Source: Escherichia coli (GTDB taxonomy: Bacteria > Pseudomonadota > Gammaproteobacteria > Enterobacterales > Enterobacteriaceae). From it: a DNA stretch of 64,000 bases. The notes below the pieces were generated by a model that did no database searches, was not told the DNA's origin, and worked only from the letters and a program-made list of their open reading frames with translations. The stretch lies in NCBI RefSeq assembly GCF_009931435.1, contig NZ_CP043414.1, one strand, 5' to 3'. Position numbers and translations under genes: made by a program. This document shows positions 38,555-49,373 of the stretch, in pieces (the first letter of the stretch is position 1; every line of letters starts with the position of its first letter).

Positions 38555-39808
38555 ATGTTAAAGCGTGAAATGAACATTGCCGATTATGATGCCGAACTGT
38601 GGCAGGCTATGGAGCAGGAAAAAGTACGTCAGGAAGAGCACATCGAACTGATCGCCTCCGAAAACTACACTAGCCCGCGCGTAATGCAGGCGCAGGGTTC
38701 TCAGCTGACCAACAAATATGCTGAAGGTTATCCGGGCAAACGCTACTACGGCGGTTGCGAGTATGTTGATATCGTTGAACAACTGGCGATCGATCGCGCG
38801 AAAGAACTGTTCGGCGCTGACTACGCTAACGTCCAGCCGCACTCCGGCTCCCAGGCGAACTTTGCGGTCTACACCGCGCTGCTGGAACCCGGCGACACCG
38901 TTCTGGGTATGAACCTGGCGCATGGCGGTCACCTGACTCACGGTTCTCCGGTTAACTTCTCCGGTAAACTGTACAACATCGTTCCTTACGGTATCGATGC
39001 TACCGGTCATATCGACTACGCCGATCTGGAAAAACAAGCCAAAGAACACAAGCCGAAAATGATCATCGGTGGCTTCTCTGCATATTCCGGCGTGGTTGAC
39101 TGGGCGAAAATGCGTGAAATCGCTGACAGCATCGGTGCTTACCTGTTCGTTGATATGGCGCACGTTGCGGGACTGGTCGCTGCTGGCGTCTACCCGAACC
39201 CGGTTCCTCATGCTCACGTAGTGACTACCACCACTCACAAAACCCTGGCGGGTCCGCGCGGCGGCCTGATCCTGGCGAAAGGCGGTAGCGAAGAACTGTA
39301 CAAAAAACTGAACTCTGCCGTTTTCCCTGGTGGTCAGGGCGGCCCGTTGATGCACGTAATCGCTGGTAAAGCGGTTGCTCTGAAAGAAGCGATGGAGCCT
39401 GAGTTCAAAACTTACCAACAGCAGGTCGCGAAAAACGCTAAAGCGATGGTAGAAGTATTCCTGGAGCGCGGTTACAAAGTGGTTTCCGGCGGTACTGATA
39501 ACCACCTGTTCCTGGTTGATCTGGTTGATAAAAACCTGACCGGTAAAGAAGCTGACGCCGCTCTGGGCCGTGCTAACATCACCGTCAACAAAAACAGCGT
39601 ACCGAACGATCCGAAGAGCCCGTTTGTAACCTCCGGTATTCGCGTGGGTACTCCGGCGATTACACGTCGTGGCTTTAAAGAAGCCGAAGCGAAAGAACTG
39701 GCTGGCTGGATGTGTGACGTGCTGGACAGCATCAATGATGAAGCCGTTATCGAGCGCATCAAAGGTAAAGTTCTCGACATCTGCGCACGTTATCCGGTTT
39801 ACGCATAA
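38555..39808 (+). CDS. glyA: Serine hydroxymethyltransferase
   Basis: Start at ATG 38555 ([22 protein letters not shown], 417 aa); PLP-lysine motif [14 protein letters not shown]. Confidence 0.96.
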
Positions 39809-39847
39809 GCGAAACGGTGATTTGCTGACAATGTGCTCGTTGTTCAT

Positions 39848-39944
39848 GCCGAATGCGGCGTGAACGCCTTATCCGGCCTACAAATTATTGCAAATTCAAG
39901 ATATTGCAATCTCCGTGTAGACCTGATAAGCGTAGCGCATCAGG
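39848..39944. repeat. REP doublet (BIME) between convergent glyA and yphH
   Basis: GCCGAATGCGGCGTGAACGCCTTATCCGGCCTAC (39848-39891) and inverted GTAGACCTGATAAGCGTAGCGCATCAGG (39917-39944). Confidence 0.8.
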
Positions 39945-40005
39945 TAATTTTTCGTTTGTGATCATCAAGGCTTCCTTAGGGAAGCCTTGTTACGTTATCG
40001 CGTCA

Positions 40006-41199
40006 TCAAATCTGTCGTAACTGCGCCTCAACATACAAATAGCCAATCCCCAGCACCTGCTGTGCGCGGCTTAATTGCCCAAAGCCAATTTGCGTCGCTT
40101 TCACGCTCGGTCCTTCGTCACGGTCGAACGGGTTAAATCCTGTCTGGCGAATAATGGAATTAAGCCAGTTCTCACCAAAGGCGCAGCTGCGACCATACAG
40201 CCAAATCTGATTAATATTGAGGATATTGAGGAAGTTATACAGACTCAAACCAATGGCGTTGGCACTGCGGTCAACCCAGCTGGTGATCCACGGTTCTCCA
40301 CTCTGCCAGGCAGCGATTAACTGCGCGGTAGTCAGTTTTTCAGGATCAAGCTGAGTATTAACCGGTTGTGATTTTAGCCATACCCGCGCCTGTTTTTTTA
40401 ATGCGCTTAACGAGGCGACGGTTTCCAGGCAGCCATAACGTCCACAGTCGCAGGCGACGCCATCCGGATTAACGATGGTGTGACCAATCTGTCCGCTACC
40501 ATACAAACTGCCGCGATAAATTTGCTCGTTAATCACGAACGACGAGCCAATACCGTAATCAACGTTGATCACGCAGAAATCCCGTCCTTGCGAATTATTT
40601 TGCCATTTCTCCGCCAGCGCCAGCATCACGCAGTCATTATCGACCATCACCCGAATGCCCAGCTTCTCTTCCAGCAGATACTTCACCTCAACCGGTGTTG
40701 TCCACGGCGCTTGCGGCATGGTTTGCGACACGCCAGTCACTGGATCAACCTGACCGTGGATAGCCAGCGCCAGGTTGATGGTACGGTCTGACCACAGTTT
40801 ACGATGGCGATGCCAGCATTTTTCGATTTCGGACAACAGAGCCTGCGGTGTCGGTGCATCAATCTGAAAATACTCAAATTCGCCTTTCGGACTTAAACAG
40901 GCATTAGCGACCTGACACTCAATGCTGGTGGGCGTTACGTTCAGGCACAGCGTCCAGTCACCTTCCGGCGCGATCAGCCATGTACCGCTACTGTGCCCGC
41001 GCGTCTGGCTTTCATCGTCGATATTCACCACCCGCTTTTCGCTTTCCAGTTCCTGCAAAATATTACTGACTGCCGGAATTGAAATTTGCGCCAGCCGGGC
41101 CAGCGTTGATTTATTGGCGCGCTTTTGCCGGTACAGCAGTTCCAGAATCACGCATTTGTTATGGTGGCGGATCTGTTGATTGTTAATGCAGGCTCTCAT
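40006..41199 (-). CDS. yphH: ROK-family (NagC/Mlc-like) transcriptional regulator
   Basis: 397 aa from ATG at 41199 (MRACINNQQIRHHNKCVILELL); ORF track starts two codons upstream (41205); N-terminal wHTH, ROK sugar-kinase-like fold with CxCGxxGC zinc motif (CDCGRYGC). Confidence 0.8.
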   Translation of the reverse strand: MRACINNQQIRHHNKCVILELLYRQKRANKSTLARLAQISIPAVSNILQELESEKRVVNIDDESQTRGHSSGTWLIAPEGDWTLCLNVTPTSIECQVANACLSPKGEFEYFQIDAPTPQALLSEIEKCWHRHRKLWSDRTINLALAIHGQVDPVTGVSQTMPQAPWTTPVEVKYLLEEKLGIRVMVDNDCVMLALAEKWQNNSQGRDFCVINVDYGIGSSFVINEQIYRGSLYGSGQIGHTIVNPDGVACDCGRYGCLETVASLSALKKQARVWLKSQPVNTQLDPEKLTTAQLIAAWQSGEPWITSWVDRSANAIGLSLYNFLNILNINQIWLYGRSCAFGENWLNSIIRQTGFNPFDRDEGPSVKATQIGFGQLSRAQQVLGIGYLYVEAQLRQI

Positions 41200-41316
41200 A
41201 TTCACTAAACCTTGTTTAGTTAATTGCGTGATTATTCCGCGAAAACATTGCCAGATTGTTCAATACACTGCCACAAATCTTTTAATTCAGTATGTCTTGT
41301 TAATATTGAGGGCACC

Positions 41317-44300
41317 ATGACTCCAGTAAAAGTGTGGCAAGAGCGCGTTGAGATCCCGACTTATGAAACAGGTCCGCAGGATATACACCCTATGTTCCTG
41401 GAAAATCGCGTTTATCAGGGATCGTCCGGTGCGGTTTATCCCTACGGCGTGACCGATACGCTGAGCGAGCAGAAAGTCCTGAAATCCTGGCAAGCGGTGT
41501 GGCTGGCAAACGACTATATCAAAGTGATGATCCTGCCGGAGTTGGGCGGTCGGGTGCATCGCGCTTGGGATAAAGTGAAACAGCGCGATTTTGTCTATCA
41601 CAATGAGGTGATTAAACCGGCGCTGGTAGGGCTATTGGGGCCGTGGATTTCGGGCGGGATTGAGTTTAACTGGCCACAACACCATCGCCCGACTACCTTT
41701 ATGCCCGTTGATTTCACCATCGAAGCCCATGAAGACGGCGCACAAACTGTGTGGGTTGGCGAAACGGAGCCGATGCACGGTTTACAGGTGATGACCGGTT
41801 TCACACTACGCCCTGACCGGGCGGCGCTGGAGATTGCCAGCCGCGTCTATAACGGCAATGCCACGCCGCGTCATTTCTTGTGGTGGGCCAACCCGGCAGT
41901 GAAAGGTGGCGAAGGGCATCAGAGCGTTTTCCCGCCGGATGTAACGGCGGTGTTTGATCACGGCAAACGGGCTGTTTCAGCTTTCCCTATCGCTACCGGC
42001 ACTTACTACAAAGTGGACTACTCCGCCGGAGTGGATATTTCTCGCTATAAAAATGTGCCAGTGCCGACTTCGTATATGGCCGAAAAATCGCAGTACGATT
42101 TTGTTGGCGCATGGTGTCACGATGAAGATGGCGGTTTGCTACACGTTGCCAACCACCACATCGCGCCAGGTAAAAAACAGTGGAGCTGGGGACACAGTGA
42201 ATTCGGCCAGGCGTGGGATAAGAGCCTGACCGACAATAACGGCCCGTATATCGAACTGATGACGGGTATTTTTGCCGATAACCAGCCCGATTTTACCTGG
42301 CTTGATGCTTACGAAGAGAAGCGTTTCGAGCAGTATTTCCTGCCTTATCATTCTCTGGGCATGGTGCAAAACGCCTCCCGCGATGCGGTGATTAAACTCC
42401 AGCGTAGTGAGCGGGGGATTGAGTGGGGGCTGTATGCCATCTCCCCGTTGAACGGATACCGGCTGGCGATCCGCGAAATCGGCAGATGCAACGCGTTACT
42501 CGACGATGCCGTGGCTCTGACACCAGCGAACGCCATTCAGGGCGTGTTGCATGGTATCAATCCTGACAGACTAACCATTGAACTCTCCGATACTGACGGC
42601 AATATCGTACTGAGTTATCAGGAACATCAGCCACAAGAGTTGCCGTTGCCGGACGTCGCCAAAGCGCCACTGGCAGCACAAGACATTACTAGTACAGATG
42701 AAGCCTGGTTTATCGGTCAGCATCTGGAGCAATATCATCATGCCAGCCGTTCACCGTTCGATTACTACCTGCGCGGTGTGGCGCTGGATCAGCTGGATTA
42801 TCGCTGTAACCTGGCGTTGGCAATGCTGGAATATAACCGCGCCGATTACCCACAAGCGGTGTCGTATGCCACTCAGGCGCTGAAACGCGCACATGTGCTG
42901 AACAAAAACCCGCAGTGCGGACAGGCGAGTTTGATTCGCGCCAGTGCTTACGAACGTCAGGGGCAATATCAACAAGCCGAAGAGGATTTCTGGCGTGCGG
43001 TCTGGAGCGGAAACAGTAAAGCCGGTGGCTATTATGGTCTGGCACGGCTGGCGGCGCGTAATGGTCACTTCGACGCGGGTCTGGATTTTTGCCAACAAAG
43101 TCTTCGCGCCTGCCCAACCAATCAGGAAGTGCTTTGCCTGCATAACCTGCTGCTGGTGTTAAGTGGTCGTCAGGACAACGCGCGTTTACAGCGAGAGAAG
43201 TTGCTGCGCGATTATCCGCTGAACGCCACCTTTTGGTGGCTGAACTGGTTCGATGGTTGTAGCGAATCTGCCCTCGTACAGTGGCGAGGTCTGTGTCAGG
43301 GACGCGACGTTAACGCCCTGATGACCGCCGGGCAACTGATTAACTGGGGCATGCCCGCTCTGGCGGCAGAGATGCTGAACGCACTGGACTGTCAGCGCAC
43401 GCTACCGCTTTACCTGCAAGCCAGTTTGCTGCCAAAAGCTGAACGCGGAGAACTGGTCGCAAAAGCTATTGATGTCTTCCCGCAGTTTGTCCGTTTCCCT
43501 AATACGCTGGAAGAAGTGGCGGCGCTGGAGAGTATCGAAGAGTGCTGGTTTGCCCGGCATTTACTGGCCTGTTTCTACTACAACAAGCGCAGCTACGGCA
43601 AAGCAATTGCCTTATGGCAACGTTGCGTTGAGATGTCGCCGGAGTTTGCCGACGGCTGGCGTGGGCTGGCAATCCATGCATGGAATAAGCAGCATGATTA
43701 TGAACTGGCCGCGCGTTATCTTGATAGTGCTTATCAGCTTGCGCCGCAGGATGCTCGTCTGCTTTTTGAACGGGATTTGCTGGATAAGCTAACCGGAGCC
43801 GCACCGGAGAAACGACTGGCTCGTCTGGAAAATAATCTGGAAATTGCTCTGAAACGCGACGACATGACCGCAGAACTGCTCAATTTGTGGCATCTCACTG
43901 GTCAGGCAGACAAAGCGGCGGACATTCTCGCCAAGCGCAAATTCCACCCGTGGGAAGGTGGGGAAGGGAAGGTCACCAGCCAGTTTATCCTCAACCAGTT
44001 ATTACGCGCCTGGCAGCATCTTGATGCCAGAGAGCCGCAGCAGGCCAGCGAACTGCTTCATGCCGCGTTGCATTATCCGGAGAATTTAAGCGAAGGCCGT
44101 TTACCGGGGCAAACTGACAACGACATCTGGTTCTGGCAGGCGATATGCGCCAAGGCGCAGGGCGATGAAACTGAAGCGACGCGTTGTTTACGTCTGGCGG
44201 CGACCGGCGATCGCACCATTAACATCCACAGTTATTACAACGATCAGCCGGTTGATTATCTCTTCTGGCAAGGGATGGCGCTGCGATTACTGGGCGAACA

Positions 44301-44598
44301 ACAAACCGCACAGCAACTGTTTAGTGAAATGAAACAGTGGGCACAAGAGATGGCAAAAACCAGTATCGAAGCGGATTTCTTTGCCGTCTCGCAACCTGAC
44401 TTGTTATCGCTGTATGGCGATTTACAACAGCAACATAAAGAAAAATGTCTGATGGTGGCGATGCTGGCGGCTGCGGGATTAGGCGAGATTGCGCAATACG
44501 AATCTGCTCGCGCTGAATTGACGGCGATTAATCCAGCCTGGCCGAAAGCGGCATTATTCACCACCGTGATGCCTTTTATTTTTAGCTACGTTCACTAA
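41317..44598 (+). CDS. yphG: Large uncharacterised protein: N-terminal domain of unknown function plus C-terminal TPR-like repeat array
   Basis: ORF track 1124 aa; start at ATG 41317 (MTPVKVWQERVEIPTYETGPQ, 1093 aa); C-terminal half rich in A/L/W/Y helical repeats typical of TPR. Confidence 0.8.
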   Translation: MTPVKVWQERVEIPTYETGPQDIHPMFLENRVYQGSSGAVYPYGVTDTLSEQKVLKSWQAVWLANDYIKVMILPELGGRVHRAWDKVKQRDFVYHNEVIKPALVGLLGPWISGGIEFNWPQHHRPTTFMPVDFTIEAHEDGAQTVWVGETEPMHGLQVMTGFTLRPDRAALEIASRVYNGNATPRHFLWWANPAVKGGEGHQSVFPPDVTAVFDHGKRAVSAFPIATGTYYKVDYSAGVDISRYKNVPVPTSYMAEKSQYDFVGAWCHDEDGGLLHVANHHIAPGKKQWSWGHSEFGQAWDKSLTDNNGPYIELMTGIFADNQPDFTWLDAYEEKRFEQYFLPYHSLGMVQNASRDAVIKLQRSERGIEWGLYAISPLNGYRLAIREIGRCNALLDDAVALTPANAIQGVLHGINPDRLTIELSDTDGNIVLSYQEHQPQELPLPDVAKAPLAAQDITSTDEAWFIGQHLEQYHHASRSPFDYYLRGVALDQLDYRCNLALAMLEYNRADYPQAVSYATQALKRAHVLNKNPQCGQASLIRASAYERQGQYQQAEEDFWRAVWSGNSKAGGYYGLARLAARNGHFDAGLDFCQQSLRACPTNQEVLCLHNLLLVLSGRQDNARLQREKLLRDYPLNATFWWLNWFDGCSESALVQWRGLCQGRDVNALMTAGQLINWGMPALAAEMLNALDCQRTLPLYLQASLLPKAERGELVAKAIDVFPQFVRFPNTLEEVAALESIEECWFARHLLACFYYNKRSYGKAIALWQRCVEMSPEFADGWRGLAIHAWNKQHDYELAARYLDSAYQLAPQDARLLFERDLLDKLTGAAPEKRLARLENNLEIALKRDDMTAELLNLWHLTGQADKAADILAKRKFHPWEGGEGKVTSQFILNQLLRAWQHLDAREPQQASELLHAALHYPENLSEGRLPGQTDNDIWFWQAICAKAQGDETEATRCLRLAATGDRTINIHSYYNDQPVDYLFWQGMALRLLGEQQTAQQLFSEMKQWAQEMAKTSIEADFFAVSQPDLLSLYGDLQQQHKEKCLMVAMLAAAGLGEIAQYESARAELTAINPAWPKAALFTTVMPFIFSYVH

Positions 44599-44694
44599 AC
44601 ACTATTAACTGTAATATTTGAGCGGCACGCGCTGCCGCTCACGCTCAAATAATTAAAATAAGCCGTTGTAAATAAAAACCCTACAGGAGGCACT

Positions 44695-45678
44695 ATGCCT
44701 AAAAAAATGAGAACAACCCGTAATCTATTATTAATGGCTACGCTATTAGGTAGCACACTATTTGCCAACGCTGCGGAAAAAGAAATGACCATTGGTGCAA
44801 TATACCTTGATACCCAGGGATATTACGCCGGAGTGCGCCAGGGCGTTCAGGATGCGGCAAAAGATTCTTCAGTACAGGTACAGTTAATTGAAACTAACGC
44901 CCAGGGCGATATTTCGAAAGAAAGTACCTTTGTTGATACCCTCGTGGCGCGTAATGTCGATGCCATTATTTTGTCGGCAGTGTCCGAAAATGGCAGTAGC
45001 CGCACCGTTCGCCGCGCCAGTGAGGCGGGTATTCCGGTGATTTGCTACAACACCTGTATTAATCAAAAGGGTGTCGATAAATATGTCTCGGCATATCTGG
45101 TTGGCGATCCGCTGGAATTTGGTAAAAAACTGGGTAACGCTGCCGCAGATTATTTTATTGCCAACAAAATTGACCAGCCGAAAATTGCTGTCATCAATTG
45201 CGAAGCCTTTGAAGTTTGTGTGCAACGACGTAAAGGGTTTGAAGAAGTATTAAAAGCCCGCGTTCCCGGCGCGAAAATTGTCGCTAATCAGGAAGGGACT
45301 GTTTTAGATAAAGCGATTTCTGTTGGTGAAAAACTGATTATCTCCACGCCAGATCTCAACGCCATTATGGGGGAATCGGGTGGAGCGACACTCGGCGCGG
45401 TAAAAGCGGTACGTAATCAAAATCAGGCTGGAAAAATTGCCGTTTTCGGTTCAGATATGACCACTGAAATTGCTCAGGAACTGGAAAATAACCAGGTGCT
45501 GAAAGCGGTAGTGGATATTTCCGGTAAGAAAATGGGCAATGCTGTTTTCGCGCAAACATTGAAGGTTATCAATAAACAAGCCGACGGTGAAAAAGTGATT
45601 CAGGTACCAATCGATCTCTATACCAAAACGGAAGACGGTAAACAGTGGCTGGCAACGCACGTTGATGGTCTGCCCTAA
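44695..45678 (+). CDS. yphF: ABC transporter periplasmic sugar-binding protein (LacI/RbsB-type fold)
   Basis: 327 aa; signal peptide MPKKMRTTRNLLLMATLLGSTLFANA; periplasmic binding protein type I. Confidence 0.85.
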   Translation: MPKKMRTTRNLLLMATLLGSTLFANAAEKEMTIGAIYLDTQGYYAGVRQGVQDAAKDSSVQVQLIETNAQGDISKESTFVDTLVARNVDAIILSAVSENGSSRTVRRASEAGIPVICYNTCINQKGVDKYVSAYLVGDPLEFGKKLGNAAADYFIANKIDQPKIAVINCEAFEVCVQRRKGFEEVLKARVPGAKIVANQEGTVLDKAISVGEKLIISTPDLNAIMGESGGATLGAVKAVRNQNQAGKIAVFGSDMTTEIAQELENNQVLKAVVDISGKKMGNAVFAQTLKVINKQADGEKVIQVPIDLYTKTEDGKQWLATHVDGLP

Positions 45679-45700
45679 TCGCTGATTCGCAGAGGTCCCT

Positions 45701-47212
45701 ATGTTCACGGCAACAGAGGCAGTTCCGGTAGCAAAAGTGGTGGCAGGAAATAAGCGTTACCCCGGCGTCGTTGCGCTGGATAACGTTAACTTTACGCTCA
45801 ATAAAGGCGAAGTTCGCGCGCTGTTAGGCAAAAACGGTGCGGGAAAATCGACCCTCATTCGAATGCTTACCGGTAGCGAACGTCCGGATAGCGGTGATAT
45901 CTGGATTGGCGAGACGCGACTGGAAGGCGACGAAGCTACGCTGACTCGCCGTGCCGCTGAACTGGGGGTACGCGCGGTTTATCAGGAATTAAGTCTGGTG
46001 GAGGGGCTGACGGTGGCGGAAAATCTCTGCCTCGGTCAGTGGCCCCGCCGCAACGGCATGATTGATTACCTGCAAATGGCGCAGGATGCCCAACGTTGCT
46101 TACAGGCGCTGGGCGTCGATGTTAGCCCTGAACAACTTGTTTCGACACTAAGCCCGGCGCAAAAGCAACTGGTGGAAATTGCGCGGGTGATGAAAGGCGA
46201 GCCGCGCGTGGTCATTCTTGATGAACCTACCAGTTCGCTTGCCAGTACGGAAGTTGAACTGGTGATCAGCGCCGTGAAAAAGATGTCGGCACTGGGCGTG
46301 GCGGTGATTTATGTCAGCCACCGAATGGAAGAAATCCGCCGCATTGCCTCCTGTGCCACCGTCATGCGCGATGGTCAGGTGGCGGGCGATGTGATGCTCG
46401 AAAACACCTCAACCCGTCATATTGTGTCGCTGATGCTCGGGCGCGATCACGTTGATCTTGCACCGGTTGTAGCTCAGGAGATTGCGGACCAGACCGTACT
46501 GGAAGTTCGCGCGTTACGCCACAGACCAAAACTTACGGAGATCAGTTTTTCCCTGCGTCGTGGCGAAGTGCTCGGCATTGCTGGCCTGCTGGGGGCAGGG
46601 CGCAGTGAATTGCTGAAGGCGATTGTTGGACTGGAGACGTATGAACAGGGCGAAATTGTTATCAACGGCGAGAAAATCACGCGCCCCGATTACGGCGACA
46701 TGCTGAAACGCGGCATTGGCTATACGCCAGAAAACCGCAAAGAAGCGGGGATCATTCCCTGGCTGGGCGTTGACGAAAATACGGTACTGACCAATCGGCA
46801 AAAAATCAGCGCCAACGGTGTGCTGCAATGGTCCACCATCCGCCGCCTGACCGAAGAGGTGATGCAGCGGATGACGGTCAAGGCCGCCAGTAGCGAAACG
46901 CCCATCGGCACGCTTTCTGGCGGCAATCAGCAAAAAGTGGTGATCGGTCGTTGGGTCTATGCCGCCAGCCAGATTTTATTGCTCGACGAGCCAACGCGCG
47001 GCGTCGATATCGAAGCCAAACAGCAGATTTACCGTATTGTCCGCGAGCTGGCTGCCGAAGGGAAAAGCGTGGTGTTTATCTCCAGTGAAGTGGAGGAGTT
47101 GCCGCTGGTGTGCGACCGCATCCTGTTATTACAGCACGGTACGTTCTCGCAGGAGTTTCACTCGCCGGTCAATGTGGATGAGCTGATGTCCGCCATTCTG
47201 TCTGTGCACTGA
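45701..47212 (+). CDS. yphE: ABC transporter ATP-binding protein, tandem-duplicated ATPase (sugar importer type)
   Basis: 503 aa; two Walker A (GKNGAGKST; second degenerate), two LSGG signature regions. Confidence 0.9.
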   Translation: MFTATEAVPVAKVVAGNKRYPGVVALDNVNFTLNKGEVRALLGKNGAGKSTLIRMLTGSERPDSGDIWIGETRLEGDEATLTRRAAELGVRAVYQELSLVEGLTVAENLCLGQWPRRNGMIDYLQMAQDAQRCLQALGVDVSPEQLVSTLSPAQKQLVEIARVMKGEPRVVILDEPTSSLASTEVELVISAVKKMSALGVAVIYVSHRMEEIRRIASCATVMRDGQVAGDVMLENTSTRHIVSLMLGRDHVDLAPVVAQEIADQTVLEVRALRHRPKLTEISFSLRRGEVLGIAGLLGAGRSELLKAIVGLETYEQGEIVINGEKITRPDYGDMLKRGIGYTPENRKEAGIIPWLGVDENTVLTNRQKISANGVLQWSTIRRLTEEVMQRMTVKAASSETPIGTLSGGNQQKVVIGRWVYAASQILLLDEPTRGVDIEAKQQIYRIVRELAAEGKSVVFISSEVEELPLVCDRILLLQHGTFSQEFHSPVNVDELMSAILSVH

Positions 47213-47236
47213 TGAATTTTACCGAGGAACCTGAAG

Positions 47237-48235
47237 ATGTCTGCTTCGTCATTACCATTGCCGCAGGGCAAGAGCGTCTCGCTCAAACAATTTGTCAGTC
47301 GCCATATTAATGAGATCGGTTTGCTGGTGGTAATCGCCATTCTTTATCTGGTCTTCTCCCTGAATGCGCCTGGCTTTATCTCATTGAATAACCAAATGAA
47401 CGTGCTGCGCGATGCTGCCACCATCGGGATCGCCGCCTGGGCGATGACGCTGATTATTATCTCCGGTGAAATTGATGTCAGCGTTGGACCGATGGTGGCT
47501 TTTGTCTCGGTGTGCCTGGCATTTTTGCTGCAATTTGACGTTCCGCTGGCGATTGCTTGTCTGCTGGTGTTGCTGTTAGGCGCGCTGATGGGGACGCTGG
47601 CCGGCGTGCTGCGCGGCGTGTTTAACGTGCCCAGTTTCGTTGCCACGCTGGGGCTGTGGAGCGCCCTGCGCGGAATGGGGCTGTTTATGACTAACGCCCT
47701 GCCAGTGCCGATTGACGAAAACGAGGTACTGGACTGGCTGGGGGGACAATTTCTCGGTGTGCCAGTATCCGCGCTGATCATGATGGTGTTGTTTGCGCTG
47801 TTTGTGTTCATCAGCCGCAAAACCGCCTTCGGGCGCTCGGTTTTTGCTGTTGGCGGTAATGCGACGGCAGCGCAGTTGTGCGGTATCAACGTTCGTCGGG
47901 TGCGCATTCTTATTTTTACCCTTTCGGGATTATTAGCGGCGGTGACCGGCATTTTGCTGGCAGCTCGCCTCGGTTCTGGTAACGCAGGTGCGGCAAACGG
48001 TCTGGAGTTTGACGTCATCGCTGCGGTCGTGGTCGGCGGTACGGCACTTTCCGGCGGTCGCGGTTCCTTGTTCGGTACGTTGCTTGGTGTGCTGGTGATT
48101 ACGCTAATCGGTAACGGTCTGGTGTTGCTCGGGATTAACTCTTTTTTCCAGCAGGTGGTGCGCGGCGTCATCATCGTGGTGGCGGTTCTGGCGAATATCT
48201 TGCTGACCCAGCGAAGCAGTAAAGCGAAACGCTAA
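47237..48235 (+). CDS. yphD: ABC transporter permease (RbsC/AraH-like)
   Basis: 332 aa polytopic membrane protein. Confidence 0.9.
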   Translation: MSASSLPLPQGKSVSLKQFVSRHINEIGLLVVIAILYLVFSLNAPGFISLNNQMNVLRDAATIGIAAWAMTLIIISGEIDVSVGPMVAFVSVCLAFLLQFDVPLAIACLLVLLLGALMGTLAGVLRGVFNVPSFVATLGLWSALRGMGLFMTNALPVPIDENEVLDWLGGQFLGVPVSALIMMVLFALFVFISRKTAFGRSVFAVGGNATAAQLCGINVRRVRILIFTLSGLLAAVTGILLAARLGSGNAGAANGLEFDVIAAVVVGGTALSGGRGSLFGTLLGVLVITLIGNGLVLLGINSFFQQVVRGVIIVVAVLANILLTQRSSKAKR

Positions 48236-48300
48236 ACCTTAACGCCCCTGGCGCGGGTGCGGCAGGGATGAAAATTAATCGTATTGTTAATGAGGGAATT

Positions 48301-49362
48301 ATGAAAACGATGCTGGCAGCTTATTTACCAGGAAATTCGACCGTCGATCTGCGGGAAGTTGCGGTGCCGACACCGGGGATTAACCAGGTACTGATTAAAA
48401 TGAAATCCTCCGGGATTTGCGGAAGCGATGTCCACTATATCTATCATCAACACCGCGCCACAGCGGCGGCTCCCGATAAACCGTTATACCAGGGATTTAT
48501 CAACGGTCATGAACCGTGCGGGCAAATTGTGGCGATGGGGCAAGGTTGTCGCCATTTTAAAGAGGGCGACCGCGTGCTGGTGTATCACATTTCTGGCTGT
48601 GGTTTTTGCCCGAACTGCCGTCGCGGTTTTCCTATCTCTTGTACTGGCGAAGGAAAAGCTGCTTACGGCTGGCAGCGTGACGGCGGTCATGCTGAATATC
48701 TGCTGGCGGAAGAAAAAGATCTGATCCTCCTGCCGGATGCGTTGAGCTACGAAGATGGTGCGTTTATCAGTTGTGGCGTTGGCACAGCGTATGAAGGGAT
48801 TTTGCGTGGCGAAGTTTCCGGCAGTGATAACGTGCTGGTGGTCGGTCTGGGGCCGGTCGGCATGATGGCGATGATGCTGGCGAAAGGTCGCGGTGCAAAA
48901 AGGATCATCGGCGTTGATATGCTGCCGGAACGTCTGGCGATGGCGAAACAGTTAGGGGTGATGGATCATGGTTATTTAGCAACCACTGAAGGTCTGCCGC
49001 AGATTATCGCCGAACTTACCCACGGCGGCGCGGATGTTGCGCTCGATTGTTCCGGTAATGCCGCAGGTCGCTTACTGGCTTTGCAATCCACCGCTGACTG
49101 GGGACGCGTGGTTTACATCGGAGAAACCGGAAAAGTCGAGTTCGAGGTTAGCGCCGACCTGATGCACCATCAACGGCGGATTATTGGCTCCTGGGTGACC
49201 AGTTTGTTCCATATGGAAAAATGTGCCCATGATTTGACTGACTGGAAACTGTGGCCGCGTAACGCCATTACCCACCGCTTCACGCTGGAACAGGCAGGTG
49301 ATGCCTATGCGCTGATGGCGAGCGGCAAATGCGGGAAAGTTGTGATTAACTTCCCGGATTAA
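48301..49362 (+). CDS. yphC: Zinc-dependent medium-chain alcohol/polyol dehydrogenase
   Basis: Start at ATG 48301 (MKTMLAAYLPGNSTVDL, 353 aa); GICGSDVH and GHEPCG zinc ligand motifs, Rossmann GLGPVG. Confidence 0.85.
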   Translation: MKTMLAAYLPGNSTVDLREVAVPTPGINQVLIKMKSSGICGSDVHYIYHQHRATAAAPDKPLYQGFINGHEPCGQIVAMGQGCRHFKEGDRVLVYHISGCGFCPNCRRGFPISCTGEGKAAYGWQRDGGHAEYLLAEEKDLILLPDALSYEDGAFISCGVGTAYEGILRGEVSGSDNVLVVGLGPVGMMAMMLAKGRGAKRIIGVDMLPERLAMAKQLGVMDHGYLATTEGLPQIIAELTHGGADVALDCSGNAAGRLLALQSTADWGRVVYIGETGKVEFEVSADLMHHQRRIIGSWVTSLFHMEKCAHDLTDWKLWPRNAITHRFTLEQAGDAYALMASGKCGKVVINFPD

Positions 49363-49373
49363 GGAGTCAGCGG

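Noticed and set aside
38558-39847. 429-aa minus-strand ORF covering almost all of glyA
   Set aside because: Antisense to a highly conserved, motif-rich gene (serine hydroxymethyltransferase). Long antisense open frames are common in GC-rich conserved genes, and its translation has no recognisable domain.
41224-41316. Upstream extended starts given by the ORF track (for example yphG 1124 aa, trmN6 285 aa, hcaR 327 aa, yfiF 370 aa, glrR 478 aa)
   Set aside because: The extensions run into divergent promoter regions or the preceding gene, and several begin at GTG/TTG. Downstream ATGs give N-termini matching the conserved proteins and sensible spacing; coordinates were trimmed accordingly. The same reasoning was applied window-wide.
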